64,000 nt of DNA from Octopus vulgaris (taxonomy: Eukaryota), in NCBI GenBank assembly GCA_951406725.2, contig OX597818.1, forward strand, positions 106,702,001 to 106,766,000. Reading direction: 5' to 3'. The notes beneath the pieces are model-generated. The model was not told where the DNA came from. It ran no database searches and saw only the letters and a program-made list of their open reading frames with translations. The translations under genes were made by a program, and so were the position numbers. Below, one piece after another: positions 24,764 to 38,669 of the stretch (position 1 is its first letter; each line of letters opens with the position of its first letter).

Positions 24764-25990
24764 GCAGGTCATCCCATAAGTAATGTCTGGATTTTAAATA
24801 AGGAAAACATTTTAATGAAACTTAATCATCAATATAATTTCCATGAGGTTTTTCTACGATGTCTTTCCATCTACTCAAAAGCTTTTTAACCTCATTAGAG
24901 AAAAACTCCTGTTTTGAAGAGAAGAACCCTGAAAGGTCAGTTTCGAGTTCCTTTGTTGCTTTGAGAGTTAATCCATCCAAATGATTCTGGAACAAATGGC
25001 AGTCTGAAGGAGCAAGGTCTGGGGAATAAGGGAGATGAGCAATATTCTCCCAGCCAAGTTGTGCAATATATTCTGCAATCTTTGCAGTGTGGGGTCTTGC
25101 ATTGTCCTGATGAAGCACCACTCCCTTTTGATTCACTAAAGCTGGCCTTTTTTCTTTCAAAGCAGCATTCAAAAGCTTTAATTGCTGACAGATTTGAGCA
25201 TTGATTGTTGCATTAGTTGGTAGCATCTGAAAGTGGATGACCCCTTTGCAATCCCACCAAACAGAGAGAAGAACCTTCTTTGCATGGAGTTCCATTTTTG
25301 GTCGTGGTTGGGCCTTTTCCCCTTCACCAAGCCAATGTCTACACTATTTAACATTTTGATAAAAGACACATTTTTCATCGCTGGTCACCAATCTGTCCAA
25401 AACGGACAAGATAAGTTTCTGAGAATGAAGAGGAGAGCAGATATCCACTTGGGATTTGCAGTTAACTTCAGACAAATCATGAAGAACCCATTTTCCAAAG
25501 TTTGGGATCTTTCCAAGCTGTTGAAGATGGCAGTGAACAGTCGAATGTCTTGAACAAAGCTTACTTACCAATTCTTCAAGTGAACCAGCATAATCTTTTT
25601 CAAGTTCTGCCAAAAGGAGCTCATCATCAAACTCAGATGGATGTCCTGTTCAGGCCTCATCCTTCAAGGCTGACATCTCCACTTCTGAATTTTACAAAGC
25701 ATCTTCTGCAAGTTCTTTCATTCAGTCATTCTTCTCCATAAGCTGAATGAATATTTTGAGTCGCTTCAGCAGCAGAGTTCCTTTTTGCTTAAAAAAACAA
25801 AGCATTATGTGCCTCAAATGCTCCTTTGACACTTTCATGTTTGAAGAACTATAATTAGGGAAATTTCAATTAGATTATCCTGCAAAATGAAATTTGATTA
25901 GTTTAAATATGTCCAAATACACATAAATATTACTTGATGCCATTAGACATTTTAAAATGCTGTTAAAGCATTTACAAATTGAAAATGTGT
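24764..25990 (-). mobile_element. Mariner element, decayed, 5' TIR lost
   Basis: ATG at 25838 (MKVSKEHLRH); KWVLHDL; VTSDEKC; LHQDNARPH; YSPDLAPSDCHLF; stop 24822. TIR-like gcaggtcatcccataagt next to TA. Confidence 0.92.
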
Positions 25991-25999
25991 GCAATTGAA

Positions 26000-26345
26000 A
26001 TGACAGTATCCACTCTGGGCCATCACTGTTGAGTTCTACTAACTTTAGCAGAGAGTTCTTCCCAGCAAAACTGACACCATGCTCTGTGACTTATGTCTTT
26101 CCCTTGCAAGAGAAAGATATAGTCTCTTTCATGAGGGGTCTCTGAATCTGTGAGTCTCGTTTCCTGGAGTGCTACAATGTCCACAGTGTTTGTTGTTGAC
26201 CACTGCTGTCTTGCATGTGTCGCTGATCTTTCAAAGGTCCTCTGACAGACCAGTTGTCATGGTCCTTATGTTTCAGCATCTGTGTCTGAATGCTGGATTT
26301 TTGCATTGCTTGCTTGCTTGTCTCTTCATTTTTCTTGGTGCAATG
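26000..26345 (-). mobile_element. RTE LINE fragment: N-terminus of the APE endonuclease
   Basis: C*NIRTMTTGLSEDL..KTAVVNN..VDIVALQETRL..ERDYIFLLQGK. Confidence 0.75.
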
Positions 26346-26359
26346 TTTACTGCTCACGA

Positions 26360-26825
26360 TTTCAGATGTTAGTTTCCTTAAGCTCCACATAATCTGTAAT
26401 TTCTTTGTACTTCACTAGAATTTTCCACTCAATGTTGTACTTCACAGTATTTTTGTCTTTAATGACCACATGTACCTAGGCAGGTTAGTGACGTTTTATT
26501 GAAGTAGATTTATGTTGTTGAATCTGGTTCTGAAAGGATTTTCTGTTGTTCCAACATACTTTTGTGTGTTCTGTTGCTCACTGGGATTCTTTGATATTAC
26601 CCATGCCACATATATAACTGTCTCCATGTTATGGCGGCTGTGAAAGAAACATGTGGTGTTGCCTCTACGTGAACATCCTGTTGCTGTCTCAGGTGTGTGC
26701 CTACCTAGCAATATCTTCTTTACACAGGGTGCACAGCTTAAGGAAACTCTTATGATATACTTGTTAAAAGTCTTACTGAACCTATTCATACAGTGAAAAT
26801 GTTTATCCACTAAGCTAAAGAATTA
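26360..26825 (-). mobile_element. Penelope-like element fragment (RT-EN linker and GIY-YIG)
   Basis: LVDKHF..FSKTFNK..IRVSLSC.P..; VIYVA..KYVGTTENPFRTRFNN; then WSLK..YNIEWKIL in a shifted frame. Confidence 0.8.
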
Positions 26826-27561
26826 TATTTCTTGCCAAATGTGCCATCTCAGAAGAGCATGTGGTTGTTAGTTAAATGTACGGTTATCTGGTTATCTATC
26901 GCCCTGTGCAAAACTGATTGGCTGAAATGGATTAATAATATTATATACTTTGATTAATACACTCACTTGGTCAATAAATATGCATGTACCAATTCCTTTT
27001 AACTCATAGTTTCTTAGACAGCTATATGCGTGTGTGTGTGTGCACACATGCACACACAGAAATAGGCAGACAGATAAGTAGATAGATAGATAAATGGAAC
27101 TTCAGATAAAAGTGATATAAGGATTTCTTTACTGAGAACTGATTTCGTTGAAGGTTGTCAGTAAACAATTGATTTCTCTCTAACAATATTATCAATATAT
27201 ATTACATTGACCATCCATAGGGATAAAAGAAGGCAAGCGCGGCTGCCAAGGGACTTGAACTTTGGTCAATTCTCCGATGTTTATACTGGAACTAAAGTCT
27301 TCATAGAGAGGAGTGTTTTAATGTGTGTGTAATATGTGTGTGCGTTTGTGTGCTGGATGTGTTATGTGTGGATGTGTTTAGAGTAATGTGAGAGCAGGAG
27401 AGTGTATGTGCTTTGCCTGGAATCCTCAAAGGATTTTAAAAGTAGAAAATCATTGGAAATGCCCAGATACACATATCCGCAAAGACAAGTTATATAAGTT
27501 TAAAGTGAATAATATCAGTTGTCTGTAGACTTATGTGTAGTTATAAAGAATATCAACTTAG

Positions 27562-27900
27562 AAGGCACATGGCTCAGTGGTTAGAGTGTCGGGCTTACAA
27601 TCGTGAGGTTGTGAGTTCAAATCCTGGACCAGGCTGCATGTTGTGTTCTTGAGCAAGACTTTATTTCATGTTGCTCCAGTTCACTCAGCTGTAGAAATGA
27701 GTTGCGACGTCACAGGTGCCAAGCTGTATTGGCCCCCTTTGCCTTTTCCTTGGATGATAACACTGGTGGCGTGAAAAGGGGAGGTCGGCATGCATGGGCG
27801 ACTGCTGGCCTTCCATAAACAACTTTGCCTGGACTTGTGCCTGGGAGGGTAACTTTCTAGGTGCAATCCCATGGTCTGTGTTGTGACCGAAGTGGGTCTC
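27562..27900 (+). mobile_element. tRNA-derived SINE family C
   Basis: ggcacatggctcagtggttagag (A box), gagttcaaatcc (B box), ttgtgttcttgagcaagac..gctccagttcactcagctgtag. Confidence 0.85.
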
Positions 27901-28268
27901 AACTTAGAAACAAATTTTAACTTGCACACAGTCAACCAACACTATGCTATTATGCACTTAGTTCTTACTTCACTCCACCTTGCTCCATAAAATGCTTCCT
28001 TTCTGTTTTTGTAAGCAAGACAAAGATTATTTTTGCAGGAAGAAGAAGAACATAGTGAAAGATCCTGACTCTAAATTATGCAAGGTGTACAATGCTGTAT
28101 GCCTTTCCTTTTTGATAAGTCAGAGAACAGTAACCCTGATGTTCACAAAACCTCTTAGAATGGGGATATTCAGGTTGAATATGTGCAAGAGAATGACTGC
28201 AGGAAAATCATGGGCTTATATGCATACATGTATATATATGTAAGTATATGCGTGTGTGTGTGTGTATC

Positions 28269-28319
<51 letters not shown>

Positions 28320-28373
28320 ATGTACACACGCACACACACACACATATATATATATATGTATATGTATATATAG

Positions 28374-28810
28374 GTATGCATAGGGTGCAGTGCTGCACTG
28401 ATAACCAGTTGGTGGAAGATCTGCCTGGGGTTAAACTAGTAGTAACATGGAACAACCACTTTGGTGTGGAGATTAACTTTAATCTTTACTATAGTTATTA
28501 CTCTGATCTCTTCTTGGCTGTTTTGCTTGCTGCAAATCAATGACCGATGGTCATTTTGTTTACAATATACTGCTGGCTGGAGTGGACGCTGGCTATCTCT
28601 CTGGCGACCAGGTACTCATAGCTGAAGATAAGCCAACTAGCTCAAAACTGAATCTGCCTTGTGATCATGTTGTCTGCTGGTGGGTTGTAGGAGCTCACTC
28701 CACCTGCTAGCAATATATCTGTATGTACAGGGTGCAGAGCAGCACTGATAACCAGCTGGCAGAAGATCTGCCTGGGGTTAAACTAGCAGTAACTCAGAAC
28801 AGCTACTTTG
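28374..28810 (+). repeat. 90-bp direct repeat with 347-bp period (1.25 units), possible tandem pLTR/retrozyme remnant
   Basis: 28374-28463 vs 28721-28810 (gcactgataaccag..gaagatctgcctggggttaaactag). Decayed CTGAAGA..gctc(G>A)AAA motif at 28622-28647. Confidence 0.6.
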
Positions 28811-29682
28811 ATGAGGTTGAAGGAATGGAATCTACTGGGGGAAGACTGCAAGATATCTGTGTACCAGAAACGTCATGAAGAATTTGAAATTTACTATGAA
28901 AATATTAATGATCTGTGTTATTGTAAAGATGTGATTGGTTTGTTTGCTGCTATTGGACTCAAGCATGATTCTGGAGAATGGCAACTGTTCATAGCTCAAC
29001 ATGAAGTCTCAAAGCAGTGTTGCTCCACAACGGAAATAAATATCCTTCTTTGCCTCTTGCACACTCCATATAGAAGAAAGAAGATTACGATAATGTCAAA
29101 GAACTTCTCATCAAAATAAATTACGCCGAGTTCAAGTGGAATGTTTGTGGTGATTTCAAGATGCTTGCCTTCTTGCTTAGCTTGCAAGGGGGATAGATAA
29201 AGTATTCATGTTTCCTTTGCTTATGGGACAGCAGAGCTGATGATAATCATTACAAGAGAGTACATTGGCCCCCACGAGTGGCACTGCAGCCAGGAATGTT
29301 AAATGTTCTCAAACAGCCTCTAGTAGATTCCAACGAAATCTTATTACCCCCACTTCATATCAAACTCGGATTAGTAAAACAGTTTGTGAAGGCCTTAGAT
29401 TTTAAAGGAGAAGCTTTTCAAGAAATTTGTCTTGTGTTTCCAAAGCTATCTGAGGCTAAGATCAAGGGTGGCATATTTGTTGGGCCCCAAGTAAATGCAA
29501 TGTTAAAGTCGAAGAAACTGGAAAGAGCGATGACAAAAGTTGAAAAAGAAGCTTGGTGTACATTTCGTGATGTAGTTCGTGGATTCCTAGGAAATCACAA
29601 GGATCCTAATTACAAACAGCTGGTAGCAAAGCTTATTGAAAGCTTCAAGAAAATGGGTTGTCGTATGTCCTTAAAGGTTCAT
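28811..29682 (+). mobile_element. Chapaev3/CMC-like DNA transposase fragment
   Basis: RLKEWNLL; WQLFI; SLKAVLLHNGNKYPSLPLAH; WNVCGDFKMLAFLL; KYSCFLCLWDSRA; ILLPPLHIKLGLVKQFVKAL; SEAKIKGGIFVGPQV; GCRMSLKVH. Truncated at (TA)n. Confidence 0.75.
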
Positions 29683-29751
29683 ATATATATATAAATATAT
29701 ATACATATATATATGTGTGTGTGTGTGTGTGTATACATGTATATATACACA

Positions 29752-29890
29752 CAGAGAAATGAGCACAGAAGTGCATTACAAGGTGAAAGAAAAAGTACTC
29801 GAATACCGAAGGTAGAGTAATATACTTTTTAGTGAAGCTGCAAAATTATCACAGAACTGTTACTTAGAGTGCTTCAATAATTTTGCAGCC
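29752..29890 (-). mobile_element. Short PLE-type terminus with a 13-bp inverted arm
   Basis: gctgcaaaattat (29837) / ataattttgcagc (29877); next to a TA/CA repeat. Confidence 0.45.
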
Positions 29891-30149
29891 TATACACACT
29901 GCACCCTGTAAAGTGGTTTGCATTTGGAAGGGTATCCAGTCAGAGAGACCATGCCAAATCAGACGGCTGAGCTTGTTGCAGTCTTCAGCTTTGCCAGTTC
30001 CTTCTCAAACCAGCCATCTTATATGAGTATGGGAAGTGGACATTATATCATGTTGAAGATGAGGATGATGATGATGCTGATGATGATGACAACGACAATG
30101 ATGACGATGATGATGATAAACTTTTGTCACAGTAAGTAAATATCTTTCG

Positions 30150-30291
30150 ACAATGTTTATGTTATTCTCTTTTTCAAAATTAAAAAAAAATAATCAACGA
30201 CTTTTAAGATAATTCTTCTTACAATGTTTATGTTATTCTCTTTTTCAAAATTAAAAAAATATAGTCACCGACTTTTAAGATAATTCTTCTT
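30150..30291. repeat. 71-bp tandem duplication
   Basis: acaatgtttatgttattctc...gataattcttctt occurs twice. Confidence 0.9.
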
Positions 30292-30364
30292 AGATTGTAA
30301 CTACATCAAAGTCTCTTTCACAAAATCTTTTAAATGTGTGTGTGTGTGTATGCATATGTAAATA

Positions 30365-30404
<40 letters not shown>

Positions 30405-30416
30405 GATAGATAGATA

Positions 30417-30590
30417 TGTTTCTTTATTAGCCTCACAGGGCTGCACACAGATAGAACAAATTACAAGGTAGAGCTTTTCTTTTGAAGGTTTAAAAAAAAA
30501 AAAAAGGAAGGGGGAGTTTCGATCAAAAGGGATCGTATAAGGAGAGAGAGAGGACAAAAAAGGGGGGTTAAAAAAAGGGGGAGAGGAAAA
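30417..30590 (-). mobile_element. Tx1/L1-like 3' end fragment
   Basis: Minus strand ends cttgtaatttgttctatctgtgtgcagccctgtgaggctaataaagaaa, similar to the 3' end at ~45780-45826. Confidence 0.5.
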
Positions 30591-31083
<493 letters not shown>

Positions 31084-31369
31084 CAACTAGATAGAGATAT
31101 ATCCGCTTAACAAACAGACGCCTTATAACAACACATTTCCCCAAATGCCTTGATTATTTTCTTTCTTCTGTTTGAGAACAGGAAATTCTGTCTGAAATAT
31201 AGCATCGTTGAGCAACCGAGGTGAGGTAATACAATGTCTATCCTCTTTGTTTTTATCCATAATCATGACCACACATAAGGCTTCACCTGCATTGCTTTAA
31301 GGATTTTCCAAACATTTATCTCATTTGCACATTCTGCACTGCATCCAGTAAATTACACTAATCTGTTTG

Positions 31370-31401
<32 letters not shown>

Positions 31402-32635
31402 TCTAATTTCTCTCATTGACTCATAGTTTTGCTCCCCACCTCTCTTACACTCTTATAATCTCACATATTCTTTCTTTTTTGTATACAAATTTTTGTCTCC
31501 AATGTGGAAGTCTCTACATGGTCATTTAACTTGGTAGTAATAGCAGCCAAATTTTCTTCAGATTCCATGTTATTGTCTTAGAAAATGATGTGTTGCATAA
31601 CATAATTTGGGGTTCACAGTTTGAAGAAAATATCAGGATGGCTATTGCTGGGATGTCTGATGACAAACCTGCATCAAAACAAAAATGATACCTGACAATA
31701 TTAACCTGCCCCCCATGTATACACCCTCTGCCGCTTTCTATCACATTATATATACACACACTCTTCGCTTTCATTACACAGGTACACACAAATTAATAAT
31801 GCTCCCCCACCTTTCTCTCCCCCTCTCTTTCTCTCTTACACCCGAATACTTAAATGCACACATATTCAGACGTCTTTCGGCTACATTTTCTGTCTTCAAG
31901 CCTTGGAACTAACGAAGAAGCTTCTGTGTGGGCCTTTTTCCTGTTAGAAATAGTGCCCAATTGTCCCTCACATCTCAAGGCATCGTTAAAAAGAAAAGGC
32001 TACACTGGTTAATGTAGATCTGAATAAACCTATTTTGAAGTAAGATGAGATTGTCACAAAACTGACCAAAGTCTTTGGCTATTGCCACAAAGTGGTTGAC
32101 TCAAGACAATTACAACAGTCTTCTTTGCTTTTCAACAAAACTATCATTCTCTTACACACACACACTTGTCCACACATGTAAATATGTATATATATATATG
32201 CACCCTGCTCTTCAAATGCAAAAGCCCTGCAAGAATCGATTCCTAGAATAACAAAAACAACAAAAATCCTCTTTCCTTCTTTAATCTTTCTCATTAAGGA
32301 AATGAATAATCCTCTAAATGATCCAAGAAGGAACCAAATTATCTGCCAAGGGGTCACACAACCTGTTAGGAACCTCCTTCTAATCATACACCTACCAACT
32401 TGATAAAAACAATGTTGTCCCTTTGATACAAAAAGACATGGTGGTCATGGTTAGAACACTGCTCAATCAGAACCAACCTGGGGCTAAACACCATTCTTAA
32501 ATACTTCTCTTATTTCACGTTTCCTGCTTTTATTCTACTTTTTATAGATTTCTTCCCTTTTTCCTTTTTTTCTGTTATTCTTTCTTCTCTCCCTCTCTCT
32601 CTTTCTCTCTCTCCATTTCTCTCTGCATATTTATG

Positions 32636-32680
<45 letters not shown>

Positions 32681-32681
32681 T

Positions 32682-32720
<39 letters not shown>

Positions 32721-33112
32721 TATGCATGTTATATATATATATATTCTTTCATTGACTCTGTATGTCCAAATTTGGTATTTTCTAATGTTGTGGTTTAAAG
32801 AAGAAATACTCCTATAATTCATAGGAATTGGTCGTGATTAGGGAGTCAAAGACTGGCAACATCGATTTCTTGATAAATTCCAATTAGAAGAAATCTGTTG
32901 ACATTAACAGCATTTCTTTCAATAGTTTCACTTTTTATTTTATTATTATTATTTTCAATAAATTAACCCTTAGTGGAGCTTTTTACACTTTCAGGCTACA
33001 CTGAAAAACCACGCCCCAAACAGTACTAAAATACAGGAAGAGTGATTTAAGTCTTTGGGTGAAATTACAGTCGTTTGTTGTAATAGATAGCTCCAGCCAA
33101 GGTGATTTATTG

Positions 33113-33829
33113 CAGAGCTTCTCAAACATTTTGGGCTACCCCCCCCCCACTCACGGTCACATAATACCCTTAGCACCCCCCATCCTTATTTTTATGCAGA
33201 AATATTTTACTAATTTATATATAACATAGGCACAGGAGTGGCTGTGTGGTAAGTAGCTTGCTTACCAACCACATGGTTCTGGGTTCAGTCCCACTGCATG
33301 GCACCTTGGGCAAGTGTCTTCTACTATAGCCTCGGGCCGACCAAAGCCTTGCAAGTGGATTTGGTAGACGGAAACTGAAAGAAGCCCGTCATATATATGT
33401 ATATATATGTGTATGTGTGTGTATATATTGTGTATCTGTGTTTGTCCCCCCAACATCGCTTGACAACCGATGCTGGTGTTTATATGTCCCCTATAACTTA
33501 ACAGTTCAGCAAAAGTGGACGATAGAATAAGTACTAGGCTTACAAATATCAAGTCCTGGAGTTGATTTGATTCGACTAAAGGTGGTGCTCCAGCATGGCC
33601 ACAGTCAAATGACTGAAACAAGTAAAAAAGTAAAAGGTACTATGAATCATTTGATATCTAAAATATAATTTGTAGACAATACTATAATAATATTATAACT
33701 TCATAGCATCCCCCAATCCACTGCCTTTCTCCCAAAGCCTCCTTTATTTCTACCGCCCCCTTAGACACTACACCTGGACCCTCTCAATGCCCACCGGAGG
33801 TGCATTAGCACCCACTTTGAGAACCTATG
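33113..33829. mobile_element. hAT-like MITE split by a SINE
   Basis: cagagcttctcaaac...tttgagaacctatg as imperfect TIRs around the family A SINE at 33227-33636. Confidence 0.4.
33227..33636 (+). mobile_element. tRNA-derived SINE family A (full length)
   Basis: High similarity to 5514-5928. Confidence 0.92.
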
Positions 33830-34303
33830 ATTTATTGCAACTGTTTCATTCGAGTGTGAAGCCTAGAGAAGCCGGTATTGCTTCCGACTGTTGCCGAGCG
33901 AAAGAATAAATACTTGTAAGATGCTGGTGTCTATTTAATCAACACATCCTTATAAAATGTGTGTGTGTGTGTGTTATTGCATTTTCACATTTTTCTTTCT
34001 GAAATCAACAACAAATGAACATTTTGTTTGTGGATTGGAGTCAAGATGACTCAGACTCCATAATATCAAATCTTCACCATAACTACATCAATACTTCACT
34101 GATCAAGGATCAAAATACACAAACATTTTTTCTTCCCTTTTTTCCTTTTTTTCTGTTATTCTTTCTCTGGTGGTCAGTGGTTTGAAATTTCTTTTATGGT
34201 CAAAGAATTTGGCCTCAGTGTGTTCTATTCTAACTTATCACTTTTTAAAGATTGAATGACAAAGTTACCTTTAGTGAGATTTAAACTAATATCTGAAATA
34301 TTA

Positions 34304-34730
34304 GTTTCAAATTTTGGCACAAGACCAGAAATTGCAGGGGAGGGGACAAGTTGAATACATCAACCCCAGAACTAAACTGGTACTTATCTTATTGATCCTG
34401 TAAATATAAAAGGCAAAGTTGACCTTGGCAGAATTTGAACTTTGAACTTAAAGAATGGACAGAATGCCACTAAGCATGATGTGCTAATGTTTCTGCCCGC
34501 TTTCAGCCGAATTTATACCAGAAATGTTACTTTCAAATTTTGGCACAAGGCCCACAAGAGCAAGGGAGGGGACTAGTGCCTGACATCGATCCAAGGGCTC
34601 AACTGGTACTTAGTTTAGAATGAAAGGCAAAGTCAGCCTTGGTGGATTTGAACTCATAATGTAAAGGTACATGAAATGCCACAAAGCATTTTGCCCGGCA
34701 TGCTAATGTTTCTAGCAGCTCACTGCCGAA
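34304..34730 (-). mobile_element. Two tandem SINE family B copies
   Basis: tttcaaattttggcacaag...gccgaattta occurs at 34304 and 34531. Confidence 0.8.
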
Positions 34731-35189
34731 TTTACACCTAGAATATTAACCAGACTAAAAGCAAGGTGTATAGTCCAAATGGTACAGCACGAGATTAAGC
34801 TGCAACATATCATTCTGTTTCTCTCTCCTTTCTCTGCTCACTTGATGTCAATGTTGTTTTTCATCCAGCTAAAAGCAATAATGGTTTATAGTTTGTCATC
34901 AGAATCAGGTTTATAATTGAGATCTTTAACACCGTCCACCCAGTTGCAAAGAGACCACATATGAAAGCACAGCTCATTCAAGTATTACAAATGTGTAGAA
35001 TGGAGGAATGCATTGTACTGAGTTCAACAATTCCCTCCAGTTTGGGCTTTTCTTTCAGATGAAGAAGCAAAGAAGGTGTTAGGTTAGAAATGAAGACTAC
35101 AAAAGCACAGAGGTGAAAAGGATAACAGGATACCAGAAAAAAAAAAAAAAAAAACTGAAAGAGATTTACAAAGAGGTAATTATCTTTTA

Positions 35190-35752
35190 GTTTTTATCTT
35201 TTACTTATTTCAGTCGTTAGACAATGGCCAAGCTGGGGCACTGCTTTGAAGAAGTTTTATTCAAATGAATCAACCCCCATGCTTTTATTTTTATAAGTAG
35301 GTACTTATTCTGTCAGTCTCTATTGGTGAACTGCTAAGTTATGGGGGTGTAAACATATCAACACTGGTTGTCAAGCAGTGGTAAGGGATAAACACACACA
35401 CTTAATGAGCTTCTTTCAGTTTCTGTTTACCAAATCTACTCATAAGGTTTGGTTGGCCAAGTCTATAGTAGAAGACACTTGCCCAAGGTGCCATGTAGTG
35501 GGATTGAACCTGGAACATTGCAGTTGGAAAGCAGGATTCTTACCACACAGCCACTCCTGCTATACAGTTTTTCTCGTAGGAACAAGTTTGTGTATAATTA
35601 ATATTCTTTAGAATATTCTGCCAAGGTTGACTTTGCCTTTCATCCTTTCGGGGTCGATAAATTAAGTACCATTTGCATACTGGGGGGTCGATCTAATCGA
35701 CTGCCCCCCTTACCCAAAGTTTTGGGCCTTGTGCCTAGAGTAGAAAAGAATA
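35190..35752. mobile_element. SINE family A (35190-35560, minus) and SINE family B 3' part (35612-35752, plus)
   Basis: Family A head/tail motifs; gcctttcatcctttcggggtcgataaattaagtacc (Meta-like domain). Confidence 0.85.
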
Positions 35753-37229
35753 TTGTTTAGAATTAATTGAACCGATTCCTAGCATGGCTACAGATAATAC
35801 TTTCATCAATCTCAGATCAACGAAAAGCTAATTTCGTTGTGACAATATTTGAAATTATAATCTCTTTTGTTCTTTTATTGTTTTATACTGGATTCAGTTA
35901 TTATTGCTCTGCACCCATCCTGGGACAGATTTTCTTCAACGATTTCAGTCCATCATGCTAACCCCAACCACTTCTGGTGATCGTTTTATTAATATTTATT
36001 TGCTGAACTGCTAGGCTATGAAAAGCAAAGAGGAAGACAACATAAGCGAAAATGCCAGATATTTTATGCCAACATAAACATACACACAGACACACACACA
36101 CACACACTCGTACATATACATGCACACGCACATGCACATACTCTCACACACATGTATATACACACACATGCATGCACACACAAACATACATTGCAAACAC
36201 AGATACACACATGCAAACACACACAAACACACACACAAATACAAATACACACACACACACGCCTCTATGAACTCAAAATAGATTTCTACACATTTTCCAG
36301 CACCCCAATTCTACCCCGTGGCTTTTGTAGAAACTACGCATGGGATTTGATCTTGGATTAATGAGAGCCTCTTCACCATGGCACCATGTCTGCATTTGTT
36401 AAAGGACAGACATGGCTGTAAATCTAAAAGAATTAATTGACATTTCTGCATGATATAATGTATTGTTTACTTCTGGAATGATTTAATCTTTATGGTAAAA
36501 TATAACCACCAGCGCCACCACCACCACCATCCACCACCGGCAGCAGCAGCAGTACCGCTGCCACCACCACCACCACCACTTCCCCTATCGTTATCACTAT
36601 TGTGATGGTGGGTTTGCAACTATCGCCATCTATCCCTCTTCTGTCACCATTCTATTCTTTCTGCCAATCTCTGCATCATAAATTATTATCTGTAAAGACA
36701 TTTTTTTTCTCTTCAGATCTGACATAATCATTTCTTCCTAAGTCATCTCTGATCTTATTTCCATCATAATGGCCAACTTACATTAACCCTACAGACTGCT
36801 TTTCATTTAACTTGTATTATGCAAATCTTTGCTTGCAGAATGAACAGAGCAGGATATTATTTTGCTTAAAATAACTGAGAAGAACAAGGTTACATGGAGA
36901 GAAAGAGTCTGAAAATCGGCTCCAATATCCTAACAACTTGCTTTTGGGTTAAGAGATATCAATATATCTTTAGTTCTGTATTTAGATTGTTGTGTAAGCT
37001 TCTGACATCGAGAGTATAAAGTACCATTACTTACTGCACAGTAGAATGTTTGTTAGAGTCTGTTAGTACAAGAAAATATTACTGTCTTCGGTAAAAGCTT
37101 TCAAGTGACAAACCAATAAAAATGAACACTTTGTACATGATATTCTTCCTACAAACTTGTGACTTGAGATTTCCTAATCTGATTTCTATCTTGTGTTGTT
37201 GCTGTTGTTGTTAATATAATTTATATTCA

Positions 37230-37430
37230 AAGCGGCAAGCTGGCAGAAATATTAGCATGCCGCAAAAAGCTTAGCAGCATTTTGTTTGTCATTACGTTCT
37301 GAGTTCAAATTCTGTTGAGGTTGACTTTGTGTTTCTTCCTTTCAGGGTCGATAATATAAGTACCAGATGCACACTGAGGTCGATGTAATCAACTTAACTC
37401 TGCTCCTGAAACTGCTGGCCTTTTGAACCA
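37230..37430 (+). mobile_element. SINE family B (Meta-domain-like)
   Basis: gcggcaagctggcagaaat..gagttcaaattc..cctttcagggtcgataatataagtaccag; others at ~50256-50610 and ~55575-55730. Confidence 0.8.
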
Positions 37431-38332
37431 GTATAATTCCTATTCATTTCTGACTTTGATATAAAGCCAAAATGTGTTCAAGTCCCAACAATTAACTGGT
37501 ATTTAATCTTTTGATCTATAAGAGAATCAAAGGTAAAACTGAACGACTGGAAATTAATCACAGAAAGATAGAGAATGGGATAAAAAGCAAAACATTTTTG
37601 TCCAGCTTTCTAGCTTTTCTATTTAAATATGGCCCTTGTGTTACATATTTTTACAGAATATCTGGATTCTAACAATACACATCTGTCTGCTTGTCAATAT
37701 AGTTTTTTGATACACATTGGAATAAGGGCTCATGTAAAATGCACTCGTGGTGGTGCAGAAGTGTCTCTGTGGTGTCACATAAAAGGTGCATGTAGCACCA
37801 TGTAAGAGTGTCCATGTGATGCCATTTAAAAAAGCACCCAGCACACATATTACGAAGGGCATCCAGCCATAGAAACCATGCCAAATCAGACTGGAGTCTG
37901 GTGCAGCTCCCCATCTTGCTAGCTCTGGTCAAACTGTCCAACCCATGCCAGCATGAACAACAAACATTAAATGATAATGGTGATGGTGATGGTGATGATA
38001 TATAAGAGCTTTGAGGGAATTTATTTCAGTATGTGACTGACATTTATTTTATCAATCAAAGATAAATGAAAGGTAAGCTCAGTCATATAGGATTTGAACT
38101 TAGATCATACTAAATACTTTAAGGAATTCAGTCAACCATTCTTTCGTATTTACTCTTCAGATTTTGGTAGATTTTAAACACAAGTGTTGTAGCACTCGTG
38201 AATTTCCTCAAAGTATTATTGTGAAGTGATAGCAATCGGCAGAGATCAGTTTCAACTTATAAAGAAATTGGTCATTATTCAACATATTTTACAATATCAA
38301 TGAAAATAGATATTTCAATCCTATTTTGTTTC

Positions 38333-38669
38333 TTACTGGCACTTGTGCTGGTGGCATGTGAACAAAACATTCGGGCGAGGTCGTTGCCAGTGCCGCTGGA
38401 CTGACTCCTGTGTAGGTGACACATAAAAAATCACCATTTCGAGCATGGCCATTGCCAGTACCGCCAGACTGGCCCTTGTGCCGTTGGCACGTAAAAGCAC
38501 CCACTACACTCTCAGAGTGGTTGGCATTAGGAAGGGCATCCAGCTGTAAAAACTCTGCCAGATCAAGATTGGAGCCTGGTGCAGCCATCTGGCTCGCCAG
38601 CCCTCAGTCAAATCGTCCAATCCATGCTAGCATAGAAAGCAGACGTTAAACAATGATGATGATGATGAT
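38333..38669 (+). mobile_element. RTE LINE 3' UTR with (ATG)n tail
   Basis: Shared 3' UTR; a further decayed copy at ~37780-38000. Confidence 0.88.

Noticed and set aside
27562-27640. tRNA-like sequence (also SINE heads at ~5860-5928, 22452 and 33227)
   Set aside because: Continues into SINE body and tail and lacks a proper cloverleaf; not a tRNA gene.
31526-31670. Minus-strand acceptor (ttttgttttgatgcag) and short ORF
   Set aside because: No convincing donor or homology; insufficient support.
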